Assembly: GCA_048938855.1 (NCBI GenBank)
Contig: JBHLLT010000001.1
Coordinates: forward strand, 64,001-128,000
Length of the DNA: 64,000 nt
Direction of reading: 5' to 3'
Source of the DNA: Promethearchaeota archaeon
Lineage (GTDB): Archaea; Asgardarchaeota; Lokiarchaeia; Sigyniarchaeales; SOKP01
The notes under the pieces are model-generated. The model saw only the letters and a list, made by a program, of their open reading frames with translations, ran no database searches and had not been told where the DNA came from. Of this stretch, positions 1 through 9,618 are shown piece by piece; position 1 is the first letter of the stretch; every line of letters begins with the position of its first letter. The translations under genes and the position numbers were made by a program.

Positions 1-1080
1 AAAATGTTCAAAAGCGTGTGTTCTCCTGCCCTCAAAATACTCTAATGAAAACGCATTTGAACCTATAATCTCAAGTTCCTTAAAATAATGTAATGTGTTT
101 TCAAATCTTTTTGGATTGCTAACACCAAGAAATACTAACTTAGCTTGAGTTGTTAAAATTCTAATTCCAATTTCTAGTGTATCTGCGGATGCTATTGTAT
201 CTAAAATGCCATCTACTCCATCCATTGTCCATTTTGAACCCCTTTCAGGTTTATACGATTCTACATTTAAGAATTCTATCAGCTCATCTAATAATTTTTC
301 TCCGCTACTCATAAAAACATGTTTAGCTCCCAAATTTAATGCCATTTCTTTTTGAAATTGATATCTACCGACCGCGATTATCTTCTTAACTTTAAAAATC
401 TTATTGAGAAGCATTATTACTAGTAATCCTATTACGCCTATTCCATATACCAATATTGTAGAATCTTCACGCGGATCTAAAATTAAGAGTGAATGAAAAG
501 CGACAGCAAAGGGATCAGCTAAAACGGCTTTTTCAAATGAGACATTATCAGGAATCAAAAAGCATTGTGATTCATGTACAGAAATATAGGGAGCAAATCC
601 ACCAAAACCTTTAGTTGTGCCTAGATGCATTCCTATAGGTAAAGCTCCCTTTTGAAAATTATGACAATGAACATAATCTCCAATTTGACATCTTGAACAC
701 TCTATATTGATTCCACGAGGTTTGCATGGAAACCATGGGCTTAAAGCAACTCGATCCCCAATCTTAATTTTGTTAACGTTTCGACCCTTTTTTACTACTG
801 TACCTACAGGTTCATGACCTAAGATTTGTGGAAATGATATTAATGAACGCAATGGATTATCGCGAGCTCCCTTGAGGGTTAATTCTTTCATATCACTACC
901 ACAAATACCACAATATTCAGTTTTAACTAGTATCCAATTTTCAGTAATAATGGGGGGGATAGGGACTTGTTTTATAACAACAGGACCTCCTTTTTTCCAG
1001 TAGCCGGAGATATTTCTTTTTCCACTGATATATGCTTTTGCTAGCTTGCCCCATTTCATCTCAAAAAGTAGTGCTTCCAT
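1..1080 (-). CDS. Zn-dependent medium-chain dehydrogenase/reductase (MDR), 3' end runs off the window; paralog of 1120..2385
   Basis: Not in the ORF track; translated by hand from ATG 1080: MEALLFEMKWGKLAK...CGICGSD...LGHEPVG...C-x7-C-x2-C-x7-C...GIGVIG, open to position 1. May extend to in-frame ATA 1107/ATT 1110, just after an AGGTGA SD. Confidence 0.9.
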   Translation of the reverse strand, partial: MEALLFEMKWGKLAKAYISGKRNISGYWKKGGPVVIKQVPIPPIITENWILVKTEYCGICGSDMKELTLKGARDNPLRSLISFPQILGHEPVGTVVKKGRNVNKIKIGDRVALSPWFPCKPRGINIECSRCQIGDYVHCHNFQKGALPIGMHLGTTKGFGGFAPYISVHESQCFLIPDNVSFEKAVLADPFAVAFHSLLILDPREDSTILVYGIGVIGLLVIMLLNKIFKVKKIIAVGRYQFQKEMALNLGAKHVFMSSGEKLLDELIEFLNVESYKPERGSKWTMDGVDGILDTIASADTLEIGIRILTTQAKLVFLGVSNPKRFENTLHYFKELEIIGSNAFSLEYFEGRRTHAFEHF

Positions 1081-1119
1081 CGATTCTTGCTTTTTCTTTT
1101 TGACTATAATTGTTCACCT

Positions 1120-2385
1120 TTAATATTCATTGAATGAAAACGCAACTTTTATTGATTTGAATTTTTTCTGTTTTCGAGCAGTAATCATGGCTTTTTTATA
1201 GGCTTTTAAAGGGAATTTATGCGTGATCATAGGTGTTGGATCAATATATCCTTCTTGAAGAAATCGGAAATAATGAAAGTAGGCATGTTCACGCATTCCT
1301 TGGAATTCCTCAATTGAAAAAGCATTACTTCCAATAATACATATCTCTTTAAAATACCATGGAGTCCATTCAAATCTCTTTGGAGAAGACACACCAGTAA
1401 AAATAATAGCTCCAGACGTTAAATGTTTAGTCTGGATATTTTTTTTTCTGGCTTTTACAATACGAAGTCCTGTTTCTAGAGTCTCTGAAGATGCTACTGT
1501 ATCAAATAAAAAATCAACGCCTTCAATTAGCCAAGGTTTTTTCTTTTTAATGTAATAGATATCACAATGAACATAATCAGCAACTTTTTCTATTATTTTA
1601 CTTGGTGGATTAGATTCGATAACTAAGTCTGCTCCAAATTTTTTTGCCATAATTGTCTGATGCGGGTAAAGAGAAATTGCTATTACAATAATATCTTTAA
1701 AAATTTTTTTTAAAATTAAAATTGTTAAAAGCCCTAAATTACCACATCCGTAAACAGCACAAATTGAGCCAGGATTGATTGGAACTTTTAGAATTGAATG
1801 GAATGCTACTGAAAAAGGATCTGAAAGCATTGCTTGATCCCATGAAATACTATCGGGAATTGCGATTAACATTGAACGTTCAGCGGGAAATATTTCTGCA
1901 AATCCTCCTGTAACATCTCTACTATTTCCAGTATGAATACCTGGAGCAAGAAATCCTTTAGTAAAATTACGACAAAGAGTATTTTTTCCCTCTTTACAAG
2001 ATTTACAAGGAGGTATTATATTTCTTGGCAAACAACTTATCCATGGATTTAAAACTACACGATCTCCTTCTTTCAGATTAGTTTTAGAACCAGTATTTTC
2101 AACAACACCAACAGCTTCATGGCCCAATATCTGCGGCCAAGAAATTACTGCTGTCATAGGATTATCCCTATTGCCATCAAGAAAAATTTGTTTATGGTCT
2201 GATCCGCATATACCACATAAAACAGTTTTGACAATACTCCATTTTTCTGTTTTTAAATCAGGATTAGGTAAATCTATTAATCTTAAAAATCCATATTTGG
2301 TAAGATATCCCCTCAAATTAATTAATCCTGCAAATCGTGCCAATGCTAACTTTGAAAGTTTGTATTGGTAAAGTAGAGCTTTAAT
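1120..2385 (-). CDS. Zn-dependent MDR alcohol dehydrogenase; start proposed at ATT 2385 (track start TTG 2343)
   Basis: CGICGSD, GHE, structural Zn Cys cluster and GCGNLG Rossmann motif. The in-frame extension IKALLYQYKLSKLA aligns with the paralog's N-terminus MEALLFEMKWGKLA. Confidence 0.9.
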   Translation of the reverse strand: MKALLYQYKLSKLALARFAGLINLRGYLTKYGFLRLIDLPNPDLKTEKWSIVKTVLCGICGSDHKQIFLDGNRDNPMTAVISWPQILGHEAVGVVENTGSKTNLKEGDRVVLNPWISCLPRNIIPPCKSCKEGKNTLCRNFTKGFLAPGIHTGNSRDVTGGFAEIFPAERSMLIAIPDSISWDQAMLSDPFSVAFHSILKVPINPGSICAVYGCGNLGLLTILILKKIFKDIIVIAISLYPHQTIMAKKFGADLVIESNPPSKIIEKVADYVHCDIYYIKKKKPWLIEGVDFLFDTVASSETLETGLRIVKARKKNIQTKHLTSGAIIFTGVSSPKRFEWTPWYFKEICIIGSNAFSIEEFQGMREHAYFHYFRFLQEGYIDPTPMITHKFPLKAYKKAMITARKQKKFKSIKVAFSFNEY

Positions 2386-2485
2386 ACGAGATCCCCAATA
2401 TAAAATCTTACAATATTATAAATTTATCCTTAAGTTTTAAAGATATTTGAAAATTAATGATTATATAGCAAATTGCGATATTATC

Positions 2486-2983
2486 ATGATGACCACAGAT
2501 ATTATCCTTTATGATACAATTAAAAAATCTGGAATTGACTTAATATTGTCATTACCATGTATCATGTTGAAAGGTCTTTTACAACTTATTGATGAAAGAA
2601 ACGAGATTCAGCATATCCCTATAACGCGTGAAGAAGAAGGAGTTGGGATTGCAGCAGGTGCCTACTTAGGGGGGAGAACGCCAGCAATATTGATGCAAAA
2701 TTCCGGATTAGGGAATTCAATTAATGCAATAAAATCATTATTACAATTATATAGAATTCCTGGTATATTTATAATGAGTCATAGAGGTGCTGAAGGAGAA
2801 AAAATTTTAGCTCAAATTCCCATGGGTAAACTTACTCCAGATCTCTTAGATCTTTTAGAGATTGAAAAATATATTATTGATTCTTTAGACAATATTAATG
2901 ACATTTCTAAAGCGGTAGACAAAAGTAAAAGAACAAATCAATTAGTCGCTATTCTTTTAAAAAGAAGTTTATGGAGGTCTTAG
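2486..2983 (+). CDS. comD: Sulfopyruvate decarboxylase alpha subunit (TPP enzyme, PYR domain)
   Basis: LPC, REEEGVGIAAGAYLGG, MQNSGLGNSIN, SHRG..GE..AQ.PMG. The ATG at 2486/2489 is a more likely start than TTG 2447. Confidence 0.85.
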   Translation: MMTTDIILYDTIKKSGIDLILSLPCIMLKGLLQLIDERNEIQHIPITREEEGVGIAAGAYLGGRTPAILMQNSGLGNSINAIKSLLQLYRIPGIFIMSHRGAEGEKILAQIPMGKLTPDLLDLLEIEKYIIDSLDNINDISKAVDKSKRTNQLVAILLKRSLWRS

Positions 2984-2984
2984 A

Positions 2985-3536
2985 TTGCTTAGATATGATG
3001 CCATAAAAAAAATTGTAGAATCATTAACTGATGAATTAATTGTCTGTAATCTTGGTGCTCCTTCAAGAGAATTATACAATATATTCGATCGAGACAAAAA
3101 CTTTTATATGTTAGGCTCGATGGGTTTAGTTAGTTCGATTGCATTTGGTATTGCTATATCAAGACCTGAGAAGAATGTAATTTGTATTGATGGCGATGGT
3201 TCAATTTTAATGAATCTTGGTAGCTTAAGTACTATAGCTAATAATAACCCAAATAATCTAATGCTAATAGTTATCGATAATTCTTCATATGGCTCTACTG
3301 GAGATCAAAGAACATACACAAAATATAAAACAAGATTAGAAATTATCGCTAAAGGTGCAGGATTTAAATCTATTACGGTTTTAGATAAAGAAGAACAAAT
3401 CAGCTCCTTTTTAAATAAAATAAAACCAGGATGTCATTTTTTACTAATTAAAACTCAACCAGGAAATGCAGAAGTGGAAAATATACCTTTACTTGCTGAG
3501 GAAATAAAAGTGAGGTTTAGAAAAGCAATTTCTTAA
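2985..3536 (+). CDS. comE: Sulfopyruvate decarboxylase beta subunit (TPP-binding domain)
   Basis: NFYMLGSMG and the GDGS...DN TPP motif; GGAGGT SD; directly follows comD. Confidence 0.85.
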   Translation: MLRYDAIKKIVESLTDELIVCNLGAPSRELYNIFDRDKNFYMLGSMGLVSSIAFGIAISRPEKNVICIDGDGSILMNLGSLSTIANNNPNNLMLIVIDNSSYGSTGDQRTYTKYKTRLEIIAKGAGFKSITVLDKEEQISSFLNKIKPGCHFLLIKTQPGNAEVENIPLLAEEIKVRFRKAIS

Positions 3537-3660
3537 AGATCATAAAATTTGGTACTTCTCTATATGTTAAAATTTGGTAAATAAATTTTAAAGCATAATT
3601 TTAATTAAGAGCACACTTATTATTTTTTTAGAAATAATTATTTAATTAGGAAATGTTGAA

Positions 3661-5247
3661 ATGTCTGAGGAATTCAAACAAAAGGACAATGACGAAGATT
3701 CTATAAAAGAAAATTTAGAAGCTGATTCTCAAAAAGAAGAGATTGAAGGAGAACAGCAAACCGAAAAAATTAATAAACCTGTTATTATTAGAGCAGATGC
3801 TTATAAAACAATAATTTTATACGCAAGTAGATATGCAAATAAATCAATTCCTTCTAAAGATTGGAAAGAGATCTATGGAATTTTGATTGGTAAAGCCGAT
3901 GATGATTTCGTTTATGTAGAAAGTGCAGAAGCTTTAACATTTGGGCATGCTACAGATGTTCAGTTAGATGAGAGACATTATGGCTTTATTGAAGAAATAG
4001 AATCTAGACTTGAAAAAGAAGGTAAAAATTTTTATATGGTTGGATGGTTCCATAGTCATCCAGGATTAAACTTATTTTTTTCATATATAGATTTAATTAA
4101 CCAATTAGGTTTTCAGCAATATAATGATGATTTTTGTGGATTAGTGTTTGATCACACATTATTAGGACAAAAGAAGGAGGAAATTATTAAAAGTGAAGAT
4201 GGTTCAGAGCATTCTATGACAAAATACGATACAGGCTTTGAAGTATACAGAATAACAAATATAAGTATGGATATTAACGATCCAGGATTTGATAATAATT
4301 ACAATAAAGTTGATTATGTTATTGATGGATTGAATAAATATTTCTTTGCAAATGTCTTATCTGAGTTATCTGCATTAGTGACTGAAGGAAAACCTTTACA
4401 ATCGGCTTATAAGGAAGAATTTGCACAAGAAACACATACCCCAATTTCTTCAGATCAGCAATCACCTGAAAAAGAATTTTCGAACAAAGAATTTTTGACT
4501 GAAATCCCTATGATTGAAAATATATCCTTTGGGGGGGATGATTTCTTTTATGGTGAAACTAACACGAAAAAAAAGACTAAAGAGATGAAAGTAAAAGAAC
4601 AAGCAGAAGAATTAATCTATGAAGGAAATAAAGCATTTGAAAACAGAGATTCTTTTACAGGAGTAGAAAAATTTAGGCAAGGAATAGAGAAATACAAAGA
4701 AATCAAGGATTTTGATAGAGTTTTAGAATTATTAAGAATAGTTTCTCAAAAATGTATCTCAAACGAACATTTAATTTTTGCTGATGAATTTACTGATGAA
4801 TTATATAAACTTGCTAAAAAACAAAATCAAAATTTCTATTTAGGCGTTGTTTATTATGCTAAAGGATATTTACTATTAAAAAAGGGAGATAATGAAGTCT
4901 TAGAAGAAGCCTTAAATAAAATTCAAGATGCAGCTGTAAATTTCGAAAGGGAGGGTGATTTTGCTGGTGCAGGAATGTGTTTTAATAAGATCGGTTCAAT
5001 TTACCAGACACGTCTAAATAAATTAGAAAATGCCTGCCTTTTCTATCGAGCAGCGATAGAAAATTTTAACAACGCAATTATAAAAATGCATCCTTTAAGA
5101 ACTGATTTTTGGAATAAACCAGAATTACTTATTCAGAAGATTGTAGAACTAAGAGATATTGTTGAAGAGGTATTACCAAAATTGGAAAATAATAATTTAA
5201 AGAAAAAAATTACCCATGATCTTAAGAATATAAATTATAACTTTTAA
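3661..5247 (+). CDS. JAB1/MPN+ (JAMM) metalloprotease domain fused to a C-terminal TPR/SNAP-like helical region
   Basis: EIYGILIG...VGWFHSHPGLNLFFSYID is the complete E...HxH-x7-S-x2-D motif. The C-terminal ~220 aa are helical repeats (AAVNFEREGDFAGAGMCFNKIG). Confidence 0.85.
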   Translation: MSEEFKQKDNDEDSIKENLEADSQKEEIEGEQQTEKINKPVIIRADAYKTIILYASRYANKSIPSKDWKEIYGILIGKADDDFVYVESAEALTFGHATDVQLDERHYGFIEEIESRLEKEGKNFYMVGWFHSHPGLNLFFSYIDLINQLGFQQYNDDFCGLVFDHTLLGQKKEEIIKSEDGSEHSMTKYDTGFEVYRITNISMDINDPGFDNNYNKVDYVIDGLNKYFFANVLSELSALVTEGKPLQSAYKEEFAQETHTPISSDQQSPEKEFSNKEFLTEIPMIENISFGGDDFFYGETNTKKKTKEMKVKEQAEELIYEGNKAFENRDSFTGVEKFRQGIEKYKEIKDFDRVLELLRIVSQKCISNEHLIFADEFTDELYKLAKKQNQNFYLGVVYYAKGYLLLKKGDNEVLEEALNKIQDAAVNFEREGDFAGAGMCFNKIGSIYQTRLNKLENACLFYRAAIENFNNAIIKMHPLRTDFWNKPELLIQKIVELRDIVEEVLPKLENNNLKKKITHDLKNINYNF

Positions 5248-5344
5248 ACAAATTTCTAAAAATACCCATTTTCTTAAACTGCAATTCAAAAAAATTAAAT
5301 TTTAATAATCATTATTTTACATACTTCTTTTAGTGATTTAGATT

Positions 5345-6031
5345 ATGCCAAGACGTAAGCAGAAAATTAAATATTCAAGAAAAATTGTTTGTAAAAATCT
5401 TGAACCTAAAGGTAATATAGGTAATAGTCTTCAATCCCTTTGTTATTGCAATGCCAGAGATTTAATATTAGGTTCTCGAGCATATGTCTGTCAAGTATGT
5501 GCATTGTATGATCCGGGTAAAAATAGCAAACGCTTTTCTGAAGTTTATGAAGAAAGCAAAAAAATAGCTGAGAAGAAAATAAAAGAAAAAGAAATTAAGC
5601 TGGAGGATTTCGAAATTGCTGAGATAACTTCCGATGAGGAAATTGACTTGTCAATTGATGAATTCGAGGAAGAAGACGAAGAAGCACCATTAAAATTCGA
5701 AAAAAGAAAAGCAGGAAAAGCAGACTTAGAGGATTCGGAATTTGAGGGAACAAATGAATGTCCTTTTTGCGGAGAATTTTTTGAGAATTTAGCTTCTCAC
5801 ATTCAAAGTTGTGAGTTTGCACCTGATGATGCAAGTATAGAAGATATTATACCTTCTAAACCAAAGAAAAAAAAGAAAAAATCCAGTACTGATTTAGAAG
5901 GAAAACCTAGTGAATCTACTGAAAAAAAGAAATGCCCATATTGCGGAAAAGAGTTTGTACGACTTGGACGTCACCTAAACTCTTGTTCTAAAAGGCCAGC
6001 TGATGCCAAAAATGAAGAAGAAGAAAATTAA
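5345..6031 (+). CDS. Zinc-finger protein: N-terminal Cys cluster, acidic linker, two C2HC fingers separated by a poly-Lys tract
   Basis: CPFCGEFFENLASHIQSC and CPYCGKEFVRLGRHLNSC (C-x2-C-x9-H-x3-C); KPKKKKKK lies between them. Confidence 0.75.
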   Translation: MPRRKQKIKYSRKIVCKNLEPKGNIGNSLQSLCYCNARDLILGSRAYVCQVCALYDPGKNSKRFSEVYEESKKIAEKKIKEKEIKLEDFEIAEITSDEEIDLSIDEFEEEDEEAPLKFEKRKAGKADLEDSEFEGTNECPFCGEFFENLASHIQSCEFAPDDASIEDIIPSKPKKKKKKSSTDLEGKPSESTEKKKCPYCGKEFVRLGRHLNSCSKRPADAKNEEEEN

Positions 6032-6060
6032 TCATAATTATTCTTATTTTTAAGTAAGCT

Positions 6061-6984
6061 ATGCCTAGTAATGAAGAGATTTACTACAGAGCTCCAATCT
6101 TTAGACCTCCAAGTGAAGCTCATTCTCTATTGATTCAATTGACTGAGGGTTGTACATTTAAATGCGATTTCTGTATATCAAATCTTCGTAAACAATTTTT
6201 GGTTAGAGATGTAAATCTTGTAAAAAAAGATTTAGATATTGCCAAAAAAAAATATGGTTCAAAAGTGAGAAAAATCTTTTTTTTAGATGGAAATGCAATG
6301 GTAACCCCATTTGAAAAACTCTTAGAGGTAACTAAGTATGCATTCAAGCTTTTTCCAACTTTAGAAAGGTGTGGTGTATATGCTCACTCAAAGGATATAA
6401 TTAAAAAATCTGATGAACAACTAAAAATGTTATATGAAGCAGGTCTTAAAATAGCATATGTTGGTTTTGAATCAGGGTTAGATAAATTACTTCAAATGGT
6501 ACATAAACAAGTAACTAAATCGGATCATATTAATGCTTCTAAGAAATTGATGAAGGCAGGGATAACTTTATCAGCTACCTTTATAAATGGTCTTAGTGGA
6601 GGTAACAATCCTGATCTTTCCAATGAACATGCGTTAGAATCTGTTGATTTAGTTAATCAAATATGCCCTGATGATGATCGAATTTGGTATATTGCTTTCC
6701 TTACCCTTATGATTCCTACAGAAACAGAAATCTTTAAAAAAAAGTTAAAAGGAGGATTTCAGGAAATGGATTCAATAGAGATCCTTCAAGAATTAAAAAC
6801 TTTTATAAGTCACGTCGATTTTAAAAACAAAAATGCGAATTGCATTTTCCGAAGTAATCATGCCTCTAATTATTTACCTATAAAAGGAATTTTGGATAGA
6901 GATAAAGAGAATATTTTAAGTACTCTTAATTATGGAATAGAACATAAAGATATTTTAAGACCAGAATTTTATAGAGGTCTTTAA
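6061..6984 (+). CDS. Radical SAM protein
   Basis: RPPSEAHSLLIQLTEGCTFKCDFC (CxxxCxxC), FLDGNA, GFESG, FRSNHASNYL. Confidence 0.9.
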   Translation: MPSNEEIYYRAPIFRPPSEAHSLLIQLTEGCTFKCDFCISNLRKQFLVRDVNLVKKDLDIAKKKYGSKVRKIFFLDGNAMVTPFEKLLEVTKYAFKLFPTLERCGVYAHSKDIIKKSDEQLKMLYEAGLKIAYVGFESGLDKLLQMVHKQVTKSDHINASKKLMKAGITLSATFINGLSGGNNPDLSNEHALESVDLVNQICPDDDRIWYIAFLTLMIPTETEIFKKKLKGGFQEMDSIEILQELKTFISHVDFKNKNANCIFRSNHASNYLPIKGILDRDKENILSTLNYGIEHKDILRPEFYRGL

Positions 6985-7190
6985 CCTTGATTTATTTTTA
7001 AAATCTCGATTTTTTGAATATAACTTCTTGAGTTATAGATTCATAAACTTGTATTGGACTTCTTGTACCCATGTACCTTCTTAGTACAATTTAATGCTGT
7101 ATATTCTTATAATTATACCTAAATAGATACAAAATTTAAATTTAATATTATTCATTTAATAAAACACTTAATTTATTAAAAGAGATAATT

Positions 7191-7823
7191 TTGAATATGA
7201 CAAAAATAACTCTAATTGTTGGCTCACCAAGAAAAAATAAGAGCAGTAATTTTTTGATCGATAAGGCAATTGAAGGTATAAGAACTGTGACTGAGGAATT
7301 TGATATTAAAAAAATTTATATTACAGATTATAAAATAACACCGTGTAATGGTTGCGATAAATGTATAAGACCACCAAATGATTGTCCCTTAGCAGAAAAT
7401 GATGATACAAGGAAATTAGAAGATAATATAATAGGGTCCTCGGCTTTAATTATTGCAGCGCCTAATTATTTTGGGTCTGTAAGTTCTCAAATAAAAGTTC
7501 TTATCGATCGCTCTAGACCATGGAAGATGAAAAATTATTTATTAAAAGATGTAATCTTTGCCCCGATGGCTTCAACTGGTTTGAGAAATAGCGGAGGCGG
7601 TGTAATTCTAGATTTAGTTAACTTTGCTCTCATTCAAGGTATGGTTATTATTGGTAACGCATTAGGAAGTCCAGTACTGGAAGGAAATATACCAATAACA
7701 AGTTTACAGAAATATAATTTAAAAGAATTTTTAGGGAAAGATGAGATTGATGAATTAGGAGGCCTTTTAGCTAAAGATCTAGGAAAAAGAGTAGCAGAAT
7801 TTTTACTCAAAATCAAGAAATAA
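7191..7823 (+). CDS. Iron-sulfur flavoprotein / multimeric flavodoxin family
   Basis: GSPRKN FMN loop, CNGCDKC-x6-C, APNYFGSVSSQIKVLIDR. Confidence 0.85.
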   Translation: MNMTKITLIVGSPRKNKSSNFLIDKAIEGIRTVTEEFDIKKIYITDYKITPCNGCDKCIRPPNDCPLAENDDTRKLEDNIIGSSALIIAAPNYFGSVSSQIKVLIDRSRPWKMKNYLLKDVIFAPMASTGLRNSGGGVILDLVNFALIQGMVIIGNALGSPVLEGNIPITSLQKYNLKEFLGKDEIDELGGLLAKDLGKRVAEFLLKIKK

Positions 7824-7848
7824 TATAAAGATAATAAAAATTTTATTG

Positions 7849-8229
7849 TTAATTACGCGCTCCACATAAAGAACACGTCTCAGCATCACCTATAGGATTA
7901 CCACAATCTTTACATCGTCTAACCATATCGATAATATTCTTTCCTTCACGTAATTCAATTTTATCTTCATAGTCTTCTACTTTTTCTTTTGAGAAGATAC
8001 TTCCTGGACGATCACCTGGCCAAATGATATTAATTATCATACCACCTATTATTAGAACTACACAAATAACAATAAATATTGTTAAGTCACCTCCTAGGTT
8101 CTGTTGTAAAAATCCAATAACAACAGTTATCCAATCAGTCATCCATTGCCCAATTGGAGCAACCAATGGCATTAAGAATGTTAATATAGCGCCTATTAAC
8201 TCAGCAAGAACTTGAAAAAAATCTGTCAA
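7849..8229 (-). CDS. Small membrane protein with C-terminal zinc ribbon
   Basis: Hydrophobic helices; CKDC-x9-CSLC; GGGGTGA SD before the TTG. Confidence 0.7.
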   Translation of the reverse strand: MTDFFQVLAELIGAILTFLMPLVAPIGQWMTDWITVVIGFLQQNLGGDLTIFIVICVVLIIGGMIINIIWPGDRPGSIFSKEKVEDYEDKIELREGKNIIDMVRRCKDCGNPIGDAETCSLCGARN

Positions 8230-8243
8230 AATTTTTCACCCCT

Positions 8244-8726
8244 TTATGATGCTTTCATTCGATCTTCTCGAATTTTCTTTCGATTTACGGTAAAATCTAT
8301 TATATCATACATTTTTATAACAATTGTGAGAAAGTATATCCCCATATAAAGTAAAATCATCTGTTGAATATTTAAAGAAAAATATCCAAAACTCGCTATT
8401 GTAAACTGTATATCCGTTGCACCCGAAAATTTATAACTCCAAATGTATAAGCAATTAACAATCACTTGAATAAGTGCGAAAATAGCTTTCCGGATTGACT
8501 TTTTTGGGGATGAATGTGAAAAAAACGCACAACCACATATTACTAAACCTAAAGCGGTTACCCAAAATAAAACCTTTTGATATTCTTGTTGTTCAAAACT
8601 TATTGGAAAACCTTGAACTGTCAACTCATAGAGCCATGAGAACGTAAGTAATGGAATAATAATGGTTGTAGCAGCATAAATAGCTAAGAACAGAAATCCC
8701 TTTAGCATATTTTTAAAAGAACCCAC
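8244..8726 (-). CDS. Hypothetical 4-TM membrane protein
   Basis: Four hydrophobic segments; GAGGTG SD before the GTG. Confidence 0.7.
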   Translation of the reverse strand: MGSFKNMLKGFLFLAIYAATTIIIPLLTFSWLYELTVQGFPISFEQQEYQKVLFWVTALGLVICGCAFFSHSSPKKSIRKAIFALIQVIVNCLYIWSYKFSGATDIQFTIASFGYFSLNIQQMILLYMGIYFLTIVIKMYDIIDFTVNRKKIREDRMKAS

Positions 8727-8738
8727 TTCTTACACCTC

Positions 8739-9290
8739 TTATGGAAATCCTCCTATAGGTATATTAAGAAATCCAATTGTCAATGAATGTAATCCTAATG
8801 TATAATCTAAACTGATTGTAAAATTAGCAAGAAAAATTATAGCAGGTGGTCCTACACTCCAATCCACATCTGTTGTGAAATTAAACGAAGGTGGAAAATA
8901 GAAATCACTAAACAGTCCAGTAATATTAAAGTTCCCTGTTTCGCCTTTAAGTATAGTTCCAAAATTGTTTGTTTTATTAAATATTTTCATTACACGTGAT
9001 TGATTAACATCTGTATCAGTGTAATTCATAGCAAGATCTAACCTTAGTTTAAGATTTTCTAGATCAAAATATCCTGCATTTGTAAGATTAAATGGTAATG
9101 TAAAATTTATATTTAATGGAGAAGTATTAAAATTCATATCCATCTCACTAGGATCTATTCCTATATTATTAGGATTTCCAAGGATCAGAAATGCAGACCA
9201 TCCTCCAAGTAAAGAAACAAAAGTCACTGAAAATGTCAGTAAATAGATAAATATTTTAAAGATTAATCTAAAAACACGAGAGGTTCTCAT
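8739..9290 (-). CDS. Membrane-anchored beta-rich protein (LEA-2/WHy-like, tentative)
   Basis: N-terminal TM; alternating beta strands with N.G.FDL..L; several NxT/S sequons. Confidence 0.6.
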   Translation of the reverse strand: MRTSRVFRLIFKIFIYLLTFSVTFVSLLGGWSAFLILGNPNNIGIDPSEMDMNFNTSPLNINFTLPFNLTNAGYFDLENLKLRLDLAMNYTDTDVNQSRVMKIFNKTNNFGTILKGETGNFNITGLFSDFYFPPSFNFTTDVDWSVGPPAIIFLANFTISLDYTLGLHSLTIGFLNIPIGGFP

Positions 9291-9618
9291 GATAATTGAA
9301 CGTAATTGTTTTTTTTTTTGAAGACTTAATTTAACTAATTATTAGAATTATGATACATATAAATTTTATATTTATAATTATTAGTGATTTGAACTCTATT
9401 AAATCGATTACTTCAACCATTATACGGATATTTTGACAATAATATAAAATCTTAACTCTTCGTTGGGATGGTATTCATTCAAATTTTAAAACGAATAGGT
9501 TTTTGTATCATAAAGTCTTTATTAATCAGTATAATTGAATTTAAATTTAGTAATTAAATAAATAGAATATAAGAAAAATTTTTTTTTCAAAATCAATATA
9601 AAAAAAGTTGATATAATT

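Noticed and set aside
7011-7048. Hairpin TGAATATAACT-TCTTG-AGTTATAGATTCA after the radical SAM gene, considered as a SECIS
   Set aside because: The stem is too short, the GA quartet is out of register, there is no apical AA, and no adjacent gene needs TGA read-through. At most a terminator or operator.
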